The notes: a model not told the origin generated them from the sequence alone. A stretch of 55,574 bases of DNA from a virus (IMGVR_UViG_3300002053_000020:1-55574), one strand, 5' to 3'; numbered from the stretch's first letter, positions 35,887-43,829 are shown. A program made the numbers and translations.

Positions 35887-36277
35887 CTTTGATGCTCCTT
35901 ACTTTGTTGTGAACAGATTCCAAGGTCTCGTCTATCGAATCACTGATAGTGTCAGACCACTTTATCATCTCGTCTGCTTCCTCTTTGCTTAGCTTCAAGA
36001 GGTGGCAGATAAGAGAACTACCAATCGCACAAGAGGAGGCGAACTGCATACCCACCGCTTCACGAACTATCTCTGGCGCTTCTTTCGTTGCGGCAGATAT
36101 CATCTTGCCTGCATGACAAACGCCAGACAGAAAGCGAACTGCCTCTGCGTACTCATGACCTTTGATCTTTTGTATGCTGCCGATGTAATCATTGATCCTC
36201 TCTTCTAAGAACTGCTTCTGCTCAGACAGAATCTTTTTGATCTCTTCATCTTTTGACATAAGGATCTCCTTGCTCAT
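35870..36277 (-). CDS. Hypothetical protein
   Basis: SD AAGGAG before the second Met. Confidence 0.6.
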   Translation of the reverse strand: MSKEILMSKDEEIKKILSEQKQFLEERINDYIGSIQKIKGHEYAEAVRFLSGVCHAGKMISAATKEAPEIVREAVGMQFASSCAIGSSLICHLLKLSKEEADEMIKWSDTISDSIDETLESVHNKVRSIKDDDSN

Positions 36278-36446
36278 AATCTAAACCCATGAGTCTGATG
36301 TTTTCTTCAAACTCTGCTTGTGCTTCTTGTGCTGCTTTTGCTGCTGCCTTCTTACGCTGCTCTTCTCTGATACGTTTGAATCTCTTGCGTAAGTCTGTCG
36401 ATTCCGATCTTGTGTACTTGAAAGAAGGATCGAAACATGTAGTCAT
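36246..36446 (-). CDS. Small basic phage protein
   Basis: DPSFKY..S.STD.RKRF.RIR motif; SD GGAGG. Confidence 0.65.
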   Translation of the reverse strand: MTTCFDPSFKYTRSESTDLRKRFKRIREEQRKKAAAKAAQEAQAEFEENIRLMGLDYEQGDPYVKR

Positions 36447-36482
36447 ACGAACCTCCGAAGGTTGAAGGATGTGAAAGGGGAG

Positions 36483-36509
36483 CGCCCCTCCCGTAAGGGA
36501 AGAGGGGCG
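36483..36509. promoter_or_regulatory. Early-region leader hairpin, copy 2
   Basis: CGCCCCT-CCC-GTAA-GGG-AAG-AGGGGCG; related to 42319-42344. Confidence 0.5.
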
Positions 36510-36536
36510 TGACCCGGTGGTTGAAGGGGGGAAGAG

Positions 36537-36818
36537 TTAGAACTTGCGGCGGGAAGGGTATTGCAGATTGGGAGTAAAGTGATCGACTTGCCAATCGTCC
36601 CTCCCCGTTTCACGCTTGACCTTTGCCAAAGCTTTAGTGCATGCGTCGGAGAACGTGCTAGCTTCTACTTCAAACTCGGCTTGATCTTGACGTGATAGAT
36701 AGATCTTCCATGTGCGGTTGATCTTTGCTTCCTGTGGTGAGCAAGCTGTCTTATCCTTGACGAACTCACTCTTTGCTACTGGATTGACAAACAACTGACT
36801 AAAAGGGTTAGCGCTCAT
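36537..36818 (-). CDS. Hypothetical protein
   Basis: SD AAGGAG before MSANPF. Confidence 0.6.
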   Translation of the reverse strand: MSANPFSQLFVNPVAKSEFVKDKTACSPQEAKINRTWKIYLSRQDQAEFEVEASTFSDACTKALAKVKRETGRDDWQVDHFTPNLQYPSRRKF

Positions 36819-36832
36819 GTAATTCTCCTTGG

Positions 36833-37084
36833 TTATGAAAACACTGCGGGTACATCTTTCATACGCTCCATGCAAGCACGGAACTCATCTGTAAATAATT
36901 CCTCGGCGGCTCCGTTATTAGTTGTTCCCAGCTGTCTTAACACTTGTTCCGTCGCCGCCTGACTGCACAGGCTTTGCTTTAGAATCTCCAGCGTTTCTTC
37001 GCTTGCGTTTGCTTGGCTGGCTAGTAAATGCAGCAGGAGCACTGCAGCCATCGTCAACAATACTAGGCGTAATCCAATGTTCAT
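36833..37084 (-). CDS. Secreted/periplasmic protein
   Basis: Signal peptide ending ANA; two Cys. Confidence 0.6.
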   Translation of the reverse strand: MNIGLRLVLLTMAAVLLLHLLASQANASEETLEILKQSLCSQAATEQVLRQLGTTNNGAAEELFTDEFRACMERMKDVPAVFS

Positions 37085-37280
37085 TACGTTTCTCCATAGG
37101 TTTTGCTGTCTCTTCCCTGATGAATATGATGACTGGTATGAGAGAGTAGATCAGTGATACAAAGAAAGCCCCAACCTGTGGGACACCTACGGCACCCGTC
37201 ACCATCCAAGATATGACAAATGTAACCAGCATACATAGGACAGTGAATGTGCCTACTGTTAAATTGATAAGACTAACCAC
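36918..37280 (-). CDS. Membrane protein (2 TM segments)
   Basis: SD GGAGG before GTG; two hydrophobic helices; 3' end overlaps the next gene. Confidence 0.5.
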   Translation of the reverse strand: MVSLINLTVGTFTVLCMLVTFVISWMVTGAVGVPQVGAFFVSLIYSLIPVIIFIREETAKPMEKRNEHWITPSIVDDGCSAPAAFTSQPSKRKRRNAGDSKAKPVQSGGDGTSVKTAGNN

Positions 37281-37599
37281 GCTTCCTCCATACACAGTCC
37301 ATGCGGTATTCAAATTCATCTATGCTGATACGACCAAGAGTTTCACTGTTAACAGGATGATAATAAAAATGTCTTGTGCCTCGATCGTATACTCCGCACA
37401 GATGCTTGACCTCCTTGCCCATCTCTATGTACCCAAGATTGCCTTCGCTTCCACCCATGAATGGACAAGGCTTATTCAGATGGAACTGGAAGATGCCACT
37501 GTCATTCTTGTAGCGCCAGCAATGCTCCGTATCTGCGGCATCTGATACTGAACAATAGGCTAGAGCTATTAGTGATGCTATTCCGATAGTTTTAATCAT
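37273..37599 (-). CDS. Secreted Cys-containing protein
   Basis: MIKTIGIASLIALA signal peptide; four further Cys. Confidence 0.6.
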   Translation of the reverse strand: MIKTIGIASLIALAYCSVSDAADTEHCWRYKNDSGIFQFHLNKPCPFMGGSEGNLGYIEMGKEVKHLCGVYDRGTRHFYYHPVNSETLGRISIDEFEYRMDCVWRKRG

Positions 37600-37796
37600 T
37601 CGTTCATCTCCTTCCATGCCTCTATGGTTTTGCGGATCTTGGTTAGGATCATGACATCCTCAACTGAACTAGCCGGGAGCGCATCACACAGGCTTTCAAT
37701 TAAATCTATTGAGTTGGCTGTGATCATAGTCATGTTCGATGTATGTCCTGATGGATGGATCACATTGAGGTGACACTTGATGTGGTAGTTTTCCAT
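37596..37796 (-). CDS. Hypothetical protein
   Basis: SD AGGAG. Confidence 0.55.
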   Translation of the reverse strand: MENYHIKCHLNVIHPSGHTSNMTMITANSIDLIESLCDALPASSVEDVMILTKIRKTIEAWKEMNE

Positions 37797-37804
37797 GTGG
37801 TCTC

Positions 37805-37876
37805 CTATGTTGGTGTTAGTATTATGATAAAAACAGCAGCGATGAAGTACACCAAGAAATAACTTAGTCTAGGCAT
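37805..37876 (-). CDS. 23-aa hydrophobic micropeptide (not in the ORF track)
   Basis: MPRLSYFLVYFIAAVFIIILTPT*; SD AAAGGA; fills the intergenic gap exactly. Confidence 0.5.
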   Translation of the reverse strand: MPRLSYFLVYFIAAVFIIILTPT

Positions 37877-37878
37877 GA

Positions 37879-38298
37879 TCAGATTCCTTTCAGAGAACAG
37901 ACATACTCAGCAGCCTTAGCCGCGGGAGATCCTTGGGGGATGCGCATGAAGTCTGCTTTGCTATTGTCTATACGATTGACCACCTTGCCAGAGGCAAACC
38001 AATCTGCGTACCAGATTTGCTCGGTGACTTTATATAGACCTCGGATGCAATCGTATGTGGTGATGTTGGCGTACGATAGAGAATCTCTGCGAGCCGTGTT
38101 GAAGTTGACGACCTCTGTGGTATGGCGCATCTCTCCGACCTTGCCGCTTACTGCGAAGCTTGTGTGTTGCCAGAAAGTTAAGCCTCGACTAGGCATCATG
38201 GATACCATATTCCACTGGTTGCCAGCTGGAGTAAGTGATGCCGCGTGTGCCGTTCCAATTAGTAGGAAAATGCTGATAAGTACCGACAGTTTCTTCAT
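37879..38298 (-). CDS. Secreted protein, surface-adhesin-E-like domain
   Basis: MKKL...AHA signal peptide; YDC...Y....Y....G.V....F..IP.GS....YVC pattern. Confidence 0.6.
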   Translation of the reverse strand: MKKLSVLISIFLLIGTAHAASLTPAGNQWNMVSMMPSRGLTFWQHTSFAVSGKVGEMRHTTEVVNFNTARRDSLSYANITTYDCIRGLYKVTEQIWYADWFASGKVVNRIDNSKADFMRIPQGSPAAKAAEYVCSLKGI

Positions 38299-38591
38299 GA
38301 TGATTTCTCCTTGAGCTTAACTGCTGTTAGATATATAGCATCCCATATGTTCCTTGCCATGTCAGCTATATCCATGATCTCATCAGGGCTGAGAGGTGTC
38401 AAGTACGAATTTTGTATCAGATCCTCCTCTGAGCCTGGCCTCTCCCTCAATAAATAGGCGTTCGAGATCCTCTGGTGACAGATCTCCGCTGACACCGGTC
38501 GGCTGTCGTGAGTGTACGATCGCTCCCTTTCGGTCTCGTTCGGGATTAATGGGATGTCGATCCGAACGTGCCGTGGAATAAATACTGGCAT
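38295..38591 (-). CDS. Hypothetical protein
   Basis: SD AGGAGG; ATGA overlap. Confidence 0.55.
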   Translation of the reverse strand: MPVFIPRHVRIDIPLIPNETERERSYTHDSRPVSAEICHQRISNAYLLRERPGSEEDLIQNSYLTPLSPDEIMDIADMARNIWDAIYLTAVKLKEKSS

Positions 38592-38648
38592 TGGCTGCCC
38601 TCCTAAGAATATGTACGTCCCACCAGAGCTTAAGTCCTGTCTGGTCTA

Positions 38649-38813
38649 TTACCATCGTGCCCCCTGCTGGCTGTCGTACTTCTGGTTGCGATGGATGATG
38701 GCGCATTCTGCATGCTGGACTCTCCACTTGTGGCCTTGGCGTTCGAAGTGCCCTGCTCCCTTGGCGCACCACTTGCCACATCGATAACATATACCTGCGT
38801 ATTTATTTCTCAT
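38649..38813 (-). CDS. 54-aa zinc-finger-like protein (not in the ORF track)
   Basis: MRNKYAGICYRCGKW...GHFER...QHAEC; SD GAGGAGG. Confidence 0.6.
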   Translation of the reverse strand: MRNKYAGICYRCGKWCAKGAGHFERQGHKWRVQHAECAIIHRNQKYDSQQGARW

Positions 38814-39075
38814 TGTCTTCCTCCTCGAATTGTGTTTGAACTGGATAGATCAAGCCGCCGCAATGAGGGCAGTGCCACCACTTGCTTTCCCCGGGCGTGC
38901 GCTCTGGCAGCTCGAACTTTGTGCCGCACTCTGTGTGCCATAGATGGGGGAAGATATGGCCTTGCGTCCACTCGCAGTCAAGCGGGGCAATCTCATCTCC
39001 GAACATGCTATGGCGCTCGTAGTTGCCAGCCTCGAACTTGTCGTAGGGTACCTCAGTAGTATGCGTCGCAGTCAC
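38803..39075 (-). CDS. Zinc-ribbon protein
   Basis: CEW...WHTECG..F...WHCPHCGG. Confidence 0.6.
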   Translation of the reverse strand: MTATHTTEVPYDKFEAGNYERHSMFGDEIAPLDCEWTQGHIFPHLWHTECGTKFELPERTPGESKWWHCPHCGGLIYPVQTQFEEEDNEK

Positions 39076-39337
39076 GGGTTCTCTCCTTGTCTGATTCGAT
39101 CATGTTGATAGCAGCCTCGATCTTGAATGGGTAATCTCCGGAGGCTATGCTGTTGACGTTGTCGGCGGTGAATGCGATGGCTGTCTCAAGCGTGTCCATC
39201 TCATCCGTCTCGTACATTGAGGGAGGAACGATCCAATCCCACTCCTTGCGCTGGTTAGTCTGGTCGTATCGGTAGTGCCAGCTAATGACAAACCGACCGA
39301 CTTGCATCTCAACCTTAGTTCCTACTGGCATCTTCAT
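39053..39337 (-). CDS. Hypothetical protein
   Basis: SD AGGAGG. Confidence 0.6.
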   Translation of the reverse strand: MKMPVGTKVEMQVGRFVISWHYRYDQTNQRKEWDWIVPPSMYETDEMDTLETAIAFTADNVNSIASGDYPFKIEAAINMIESDKERTRDCDAYY

Positions 39338-39510
39338 TGTATTTCCTCCTTGATATTAACTTCTGTCCATGCAGAAAGGTGAACTACGTTACCTTCGATA
39401 TCAGTACAGTATGAATACATACCATCTATGTGATAAAACATTAGCTCATAGTCCACGCCCTTGATGGGCACGACTATCTTTGTATCGTTGGGCACCTCGT
39501 ATAGTTTCAT
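39334..39510 (-). CDS. 58-aa phage protein (not in the ORF track)
   Basis: MKLYEVPNDTKI...FYHIDGMYSYC...VVHLSAWTEV; ATGA overlaps at both ends. Confidence 0.65.
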   Translation of the reverse strand: MKLYEVPNDTKIVVPIKGVDYELMFYHIDGMYSYCTDIEGNVVHLSAWTEVNIKEEIQ

Positions 39511-39833
39511 GTGTTCTTCTCCTTCAGCTTTTTAGTAGCCCACGCTACACCTCTGGCAAAGTTCGTCGGGTCGTACTCGGCGTTAGCTCGTTCGACTACT
39601 TCCTCATCCGCCAGTTCCTGCCATTCGTGCTGTACGGTGACGGTGTCCTCTGGTGAAAAATAAGCCTCATACAACTTGAACATTCCGTTGCGTTCGCCAC
39701 AAAGCCACTCAACTGTTTCGTCCGGTTCTTCACCCACTTGTAGCGCAAGACGCTCGACAGCCTTGTAAAGACGCATTGCCTGTGTAACTTGTTCTGATTC
39801 TCGTTGTGCTTCCTCGCGTGTTAGTGTCACCAT
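39507..39833 (-). CDS. Modular hypothetical protein (TLTREEAQ head)
   Basis: Shares its N-terminus with the upstream gene; ends W.EL.DEE...FAR....KLKEKNT. Confidence 0.6.
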   Translation of the reverse strand: MVTLTREEAQRESEQVTQAMRLYKAVERLALQVGEEPDETVEWLCGERNGMFKLYEAYFSPEDTVTVQHEWQELADEEVVERANAEYDPTNFARGVAWATKKLKEKNT

Positions 39834-40363
39834 CCTTCGTCACTCCTTGCCCAAGGCGTTGTATCTCCATCAATCGGCGGCACGACAAACTCTTTCTTTG
39901 ATGCCACCGGCTCCGGTTCAGTCTGTGGTAGGGCGGTGTACAAGGCTATCGGATCAACCTTCACAGTTACAGGCGCATCTATTTTTGTTGGTTTAGCCCA
40001 ATAGAATCCGCGTTCCTGAGGATCAAAGTACGCCACCGGCTCCGGTTCAGGCTGCGCGAGTCCTTTGACTGACATTGTTTCCGCAGTCTCTTGCTCAGTC
40101 AGTCCGTTAATCATTACGTCAGGCGCGATTAGTCTGGTGCGGAAGAATGTAAGAAGCGGCTTCAACTTTTCTGGTTTTGTAGCGTTTAGATATAGTGCTT
40201 GCTGCAAAGGATCAGTTGAATCATCAAACCACAAAGCCACGTGTTCTTTACCTTCTGAAATTGCTTTGCCTACACGCACATGGGTTGTTGGGGTTTCATT
40301 TGCCAATTTTTCCAACGCATCCAGCACCTGCTGCGCTTCCTCGCGGGTTAGTGTGATGGTCAT
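39827..40363 (-). CDS. Modular hypothetical protein (TLTREEAQ head, EPEPVA linkers)
   Basis: Two EPEPVA motifs encoded by a 19-bp exact DNA repeat. Confidence 0.6.
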   Translation of the reverse strand: MTITLTREEAQQVLDALEKLANETPTTHVRVGKAISEGKEHVALWFDDSTDPLQQALYLNATKPEKLKPLLTFFRTRLIAPDVMINGLTEQETAETMSVKGLAQPEPEPVAYFDPQERGFYWAKPTKIDAPVTVKVDPIALYTALPQTEPEPVASKKEFVVPPIDGDTTPWARSDEGW

Positions 40364-40626
40364 TGCTTGCTCCCGAAAACACCCTGTGGTCGGTAGTCAT
40401 AGAGTGACGCCTTGAGATTGCCCAGTGTTGTTGAGCCACACATCAGTCCTACCAGTGCTGGTTTTTGTTGGATCAGCGAATCAAGCGCAGCACGACATTC
40501 ACGCAGTAGTGCCGCCTGTTCTTCGATCAGAACCCCATTACCTGCTGCGATAGCGTCATCCATCGTTGGAATGTAGGTTTCTGGCATATTGATTCCTGCG
40601 CGTTCTGCGGTTTCTTTGATGGTCAT
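40360..40626 (-). CDS. Hypothetical protein
   Basis: ATGA-coupled. Confidence 0.55.
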   Translation of the reverse strand: MTIKETAERAGINMPETYIPTMDDAIAAGNGVLIEEQAALLRECRAALDSLIQQKPALVGLMCGSTTLGNLKASLYDYRPQGVFGSKQ

Positions 40627-40985
40627 CGTTGTTCTCCTGTAGCTTTGGCGATGGCGGTGCGGGCTAGAAATATCGCTGTCGCCATCCTTCTGTTTGTGTA
40701 AGGGCAGTCATGTAGCGCAAACTCTGCTTCTTTCAACGCCTCCAACAACTTAGCATTCACCTCATGCAAGCGGCGTAGTTCATCAGTCAACCGCTTATTC
40801 TTACTGCGCTGTTGTTCTAACTTCTCTGCTAAGTCGCGTTTAAATCCACCAATTGACTCGTGGTATTTTGTTTCTACCTCATGCAAGCGGCGTAGTTCGG
40901 CGGCGGTTCCTTTCCAAACATCGTTTGCGTTGTTTTTCTCAATGTAATCAGCCAGCCGCAGGGCTTCGGGTTGTTTTTTATTCAT
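40623..40985 (-). CDS. Modular hypothetical protein (QPEALRLAD ... ELRRLHEV x2)
   Basis: Internal 23-bp exact repeat; ends AIAKATG. Confidence 0.6.
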   Translation of the reverse strand: MNKKQPEALRLADYIEKNNANDVWKGTAAELRRLHEVETKYHESIGGFKRDLAEKLEQQRSKNKRLTDELRRLHEVNAKLLEALKEAEFALHDCPYTNRRMATAIFLARTAIAKATGEQR

Positions 40986-41152
40986 AGCTTGTGCCCCCTT
41001 ATCATCTGGCATTTCCTACGTTCTTCTGGCGTTACGTCTGGACTTATCTCCGAGACATTGCATATGTTCATTCTGTTTGGTGGTACTGGTATTAGCCATG
41101 CCATTGCACAGAATCCAACAACGATTAGCAACATAAAGATAATGTATCTCAT
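40982..41152 (-). CDS. 56-aa membrane-anchored protein (not in the ORF track)
   Basis: MRYIIFMLLIVVGFCAMAWLIP...CNVSEISPD....RRKC; SD AGGAG; ATGA overlap. Confidence 0.6.
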   Translation of the reverse strand: MRYIIFMLLIVVGFCAMAWLIPVPPNRMNICNVSEISPDVTPEERRKCQMIRGHKL

Positions 41153-41259
41153 CACAAACTCCTATTAAATTTCGCACGGAGCGATCGCACGATTGGGGAA
41201 TAGACCAGCGAACATGCGGGAAAAGCGGGAGTCCGGAAACCCCCGAACCCACCGCTTTG

Positions 41260-41493
41260 TTAGATAGGCTGGTAACGTCCGGCATCGTATTCAGCCAATA
41301 CCGCACGGCCAATTCTATCGTCTGCCATATCGAAACCGAAAACCCATACTTGGCCACCTATGTGACGCACAAGGTCAACAAAATTAACCGACACCCACTC
41401 AAGATCATCAGGCGATACCGTGTCTTCATGCCAAATTTCCAGAACCTGCGGCTCTCCATAATCTCTGCCGGTTTTGTATTGAATCGTTTTCAT
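41260..41493 (-). CDS. Hypothetical protein
   Basis: MKTIQYKTGRDY...FVD..R.I...VL.EYDAGRY; SD AAGGAG. Confidence 0.6.
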   Translation of the reverse strand: MKTIQYKTGRDYGEPQVLEIWHEDTVSPDDLEWVSVNFVDLVRHIGGQVWVFGFDMADDRIGRAVLAEYDAGRYQPI

Positions 41494-41494
41494 C

Positions 41495-41650
41495 TCATAC
41501 TCTCCTTGGAACGTGCTCTCCTTGCGGAGTGTAGGTGAAGTCAAGTCCAGCCTCCCAGAGTTTCCGGTAGGTGTTCCATTTGATCGGCTGGAATCCGAAG
41601 TACTGCGCACGTTGGCAGTATCGGTAGTAAGCCAGAGCCATCTCACTCAT
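41495..41650 (-). CDS. 51-aa hypothetical protein (not in the ORF track)
   Basis: MSEMALAYYRYCQRAQYFGFQP...; tiles between its neighbours. Confidence 0.45.
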   Translation of the reverse strand: MSEMALAYYRYCQRAQYFGFQPIKWNTYRKLWEAGLDFTYTPQGEHVPRRV

Positions 41651-41843
41651 GATCTTTCAGCCTCTCGCAATGACGTTTGAATTCAGCGAACTCCTCAGCT
41701 TCAACGAAGACTTCCATGAGCAGGACTCCGGTCACGATGCCACCTAAGAAGATGCCAACTGACAGGAAACCTGCGAAGATCCAGATGAGAGCTGCTATGC
41801 ACAGAACTAATCCCATAGCAACGTAATTAGTATGATTAAACAT
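41643..41843 (-). CDS. Small membrane protein
   Basis: Two hydrophobic segments; SD GGAG. Confidence 0.6.
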   Translation of the reverse strand: MFNHTNYVAMGLVLCIAALIWIFAGFLSVGIFLGGIVTGVLLMEVFVEAEEFAEFKRHCERLKDHE

Positions 41844-41927
41844 GGTAAGTCTCCATAAGTCAAGGGTTAATCGCGGGAAGCACCTGCTAGAGGCACCTCC
41901 CGTCGATACAAGAGAGAGTAATAAAGG

Positions 41928-42269
41928 TTAAGAGTTAGTAGCCTTGGCACAGAACATCTGACGAAGGATAATCTCTGCTTCAATAACGAGTTCATCCTTA
42001 GAGTCACAACGTCCCAGCTTATCCAAAGCTGACAGAACCTTACGAGTCATCTCCATCTCTGAAGAAGTCATACGAGCCAATACCCGACCACCAATGTTCT
42101 TCAGTTCCTCCTTGTCACGCTTGGATGCAGGAGAAGTACGAATTGCCCAGCTCGCCTCCCACGAAGTCGTAGGAATCGGGCCAGAGTAGATACCGCGAGC
42201 AGCCATTGCTTCAAGACGCTGCTTCTGTGCAGGAGAGATAGGACGAACTGCGTTGGTGTTTGTAGTCAT
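41928..42269 (-). CDS. First early gene, hypothetical
   Basis: SD AGGAG; first ORF of the leftward early block. Confidence 0.65.
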   Translation of the reverse strand: MTTNTNAVRPISPAQKQRLEAMAARGIYSGPIPTTSWEASWAIRTSPASKRDKEELKNIGGRVLARMTSSEMEMTRKVLSALDKLGRCDSKDELVIEAEIILRQMFCAKATNS

Positions 42270-42312
42270 GATGTACTCCTAAGTTAAGGTAGAAAGAAAG
42301 AAAAGAAGAAAA

Positions 42313-42350
42313 GGCGAAGCCCCTCTTCGTAAGAAGAGAGGGGCAGAGCC
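42313..42350. promoter_or_regulatory. Early-region leader hairpin, copy 1 (terminator-like on the - strand)
   Basis: GCCCCT-CTTC-GTAA-GAAG-AG-AGGGGC, followed on the - strand by a long U/C tract. Confidence 0.55.
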
Positions 42351-42615
42351 GTACCCCAAAGAAAGACGAAGGTTTAGGGGGAGTCAGTTCAAAAAAAGTC
42401 TTATGAATCTACAAGGGATTACGCACGCGACCACAATTGTTGCAGAATTGACACCAATTCCCCTTGGATTGTCGCTGGAAAGCCTAAGAATAGACAGGCA
42501 AAACCACATAAGGTGCCTATTACTGGTGAGAGAGACTGTTCTCCTACATGTATAGCCCCCCTACCGGCACGGGCCTAACCATCACAGACCGGTGGGTGGT
42601 ATGGAACCAGCAGTA

Positions 42616-42644
42616 CCGTCTCACATACAGGCCGTCTCACATAC
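42616..42644 (+). repeat. 13-bp direct repeat CCGTCTCACATAC
   Basis: Exact copies at 42616-42628 and 42632-42644 in the divergent intergenic region. Confidence 0.8.
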
Positions 42645-42692
42645 GCGTAAAATAGATTGTCAGAAAGAAACTATATCTAGGAGACTATATGA

Positions 42693-43433
42693 ATGGAGAT
42701 TCTTAGTGAGGGCGAACGCTGGATCAGGTTGAATGAGCGGGACTATCGTTTGAAAAAACTGCAACAGTTATTGCCTGAGGTTGAAAACTGGGCAATAGAT
42801 CAAGACCCGCGGGTACGTGGCAGTAACTACTGGGGGATATGTCGGGATGCGCCCGGCGAGAACGTGGTGGTGAACCTGTCGTATGAGGGAGGTAAGCAGG
42901 GCGGGTATGAAGGCGAGGATCTGTTAATAGATTATTATGATGTGATGAGGGCATTCCCTGAGTTGAAGGAGTTGTTCAGGGAGTTGGAGTTGCAGCCTTA
43001 CCTTGGCAGGAACAGTATTGGGAATTGGGGGATACACCGGCATTGTTATAACCCGTTATCCCGGTGGAACCTAGTCTTGCTTGGGGAGGGGAATGATGGC
43101 GGCGAGGGAATTTTTTTTAGGAACCACCCGGAGTGCCCAGAAGACCCGGACTTCGACTATGTCGTGGACTACTTGGCGGAGGGGGAGTCGGTCGAGGAGA
43201 TTGAGAGATGCGCCTTGGCGGAGAGACAAGCCTACTCCATAGACACTTGGACTTGGCACTCGCACCTGAGCCCTCATGAGAAGGCGGTAGCTTGGTTGAT
43301 GCACTTCAAGTACGCAGACAGGAAGGAAAGCGTCAAGGATGTGTTGAGGCACCTAGAGACTTGGGGACTGAGGCGGATACAGTGGAGGCTATCAAAGCAA
43401 CATAAGTACCGGCATGGGACACATGAAGTTTAA
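42693..43433 (+). CDS. Cupin / DSBH metalloprotein, related to 2524-3620
   Basis: GIHRH...WNLV...YSIDTWTWHSH gives HxH...H in a similar layout to the oxygenase-like paralogs. Confidence 0.55.
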   Translation: MEILSEGERWIRLNERDYRLKKLQQLLPEVENWAIDQDPRVRGSNYWGICRDAPGENVVVNLSYEGGKQGGYEGEDLLIDYYDVMRAFPELKELFRELELQPYLGRNSIGNWGIHRHCYNPLSRWNLVLLGEGNDGGEGIFFRNHPECPEDPDFDYVVDYLAEGESVEEIERCALAERQAYSIDTWTWHSHLSPHEKAVAWLMHFKYADRKESVKDVLRHLETWGLRRIQWRLSKQHKYRHGTHEV

Positions 43434-43440
43434 CAAAGGG

Positions 43441-43469
43441 GTGTCAAATCAAACAACATATGTTATTAT
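43441..43469 (+). promoter_or_regulatory. Candidate promoter for the tRNA cluster
   Basis: GTGTCA-17 bp-TATTAT with extended -10 TGn. Confidence 0.45.
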
Positions 43470-43501
43470 TCTGCAAAATCAAATTCGTGTGCATATATAG
43501 T

Positions 43502-43576
43502 GGCGGGATAGCTCAGGGGTAGAGCAGAGGGCTCATAATTCTCAGGTCACTGGTTCAAATCCAGTTCCCGCAACCA
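43502..43576 (+). tRNA. tRNA-Met(CAT), initiator-like, CCA encoded
   Basis: Cloverleaf; anticodon loop CT-CAT-AA; 1:72 mismatch (G.A); anticodon stem GAGGG/TTCTC. Confidence 0.9.
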
Positions 43577-43585
43577 GTCACAGAG

Positions 43586-43825
43586 TCAAGCTAAGGCAAC
43601 GCAGACATACTGACATCCAGCCTATCGAAGAAGCTCACTACAGATGTCGAGGTCGGGATTCCCGGGGAGAGTCATTGATACTCCATGATCCGGAAATAAA
43701 CCTTGGAAACCCGTGCGGCTAGGATCTAGAGCCTAGTGCCTTAGCCCCTTTACTATGGCCAGCGCCGTGCGGTAATGAAGATGACTAAGGGATCACGGAC
43801 TCCCAGATTCTAAGCCATAGACCTT
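43586..43825 (+). ncRNA. Putative structured non-coding RNA between tRNA-Met and tRNA-Trp
   Basis: GCTAAGGCA(43590)/TGCCTTAGC(43737) closes a multi-helix domain; CTATGGC(43753)/GCCATAG(43814) closes a second domain; no ORF. Confidence 0.65.
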
Positions 43826-43829
43826 TTAT

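Noticed and set aside
43577-43640. Theta/HDV-like ribozyme right after tRNA-Met
   Set aside because: Could not build the P1/P1.1/P2/P3 nested double pseudoknot. Kept only as an unclassified structured RNA.
43753-43824. Additional tRNA (7-bp terminal stem, tRNA-like length)
   Set aside because: No T arm or anticodon arm, and it ends in CCT rather than CCA.
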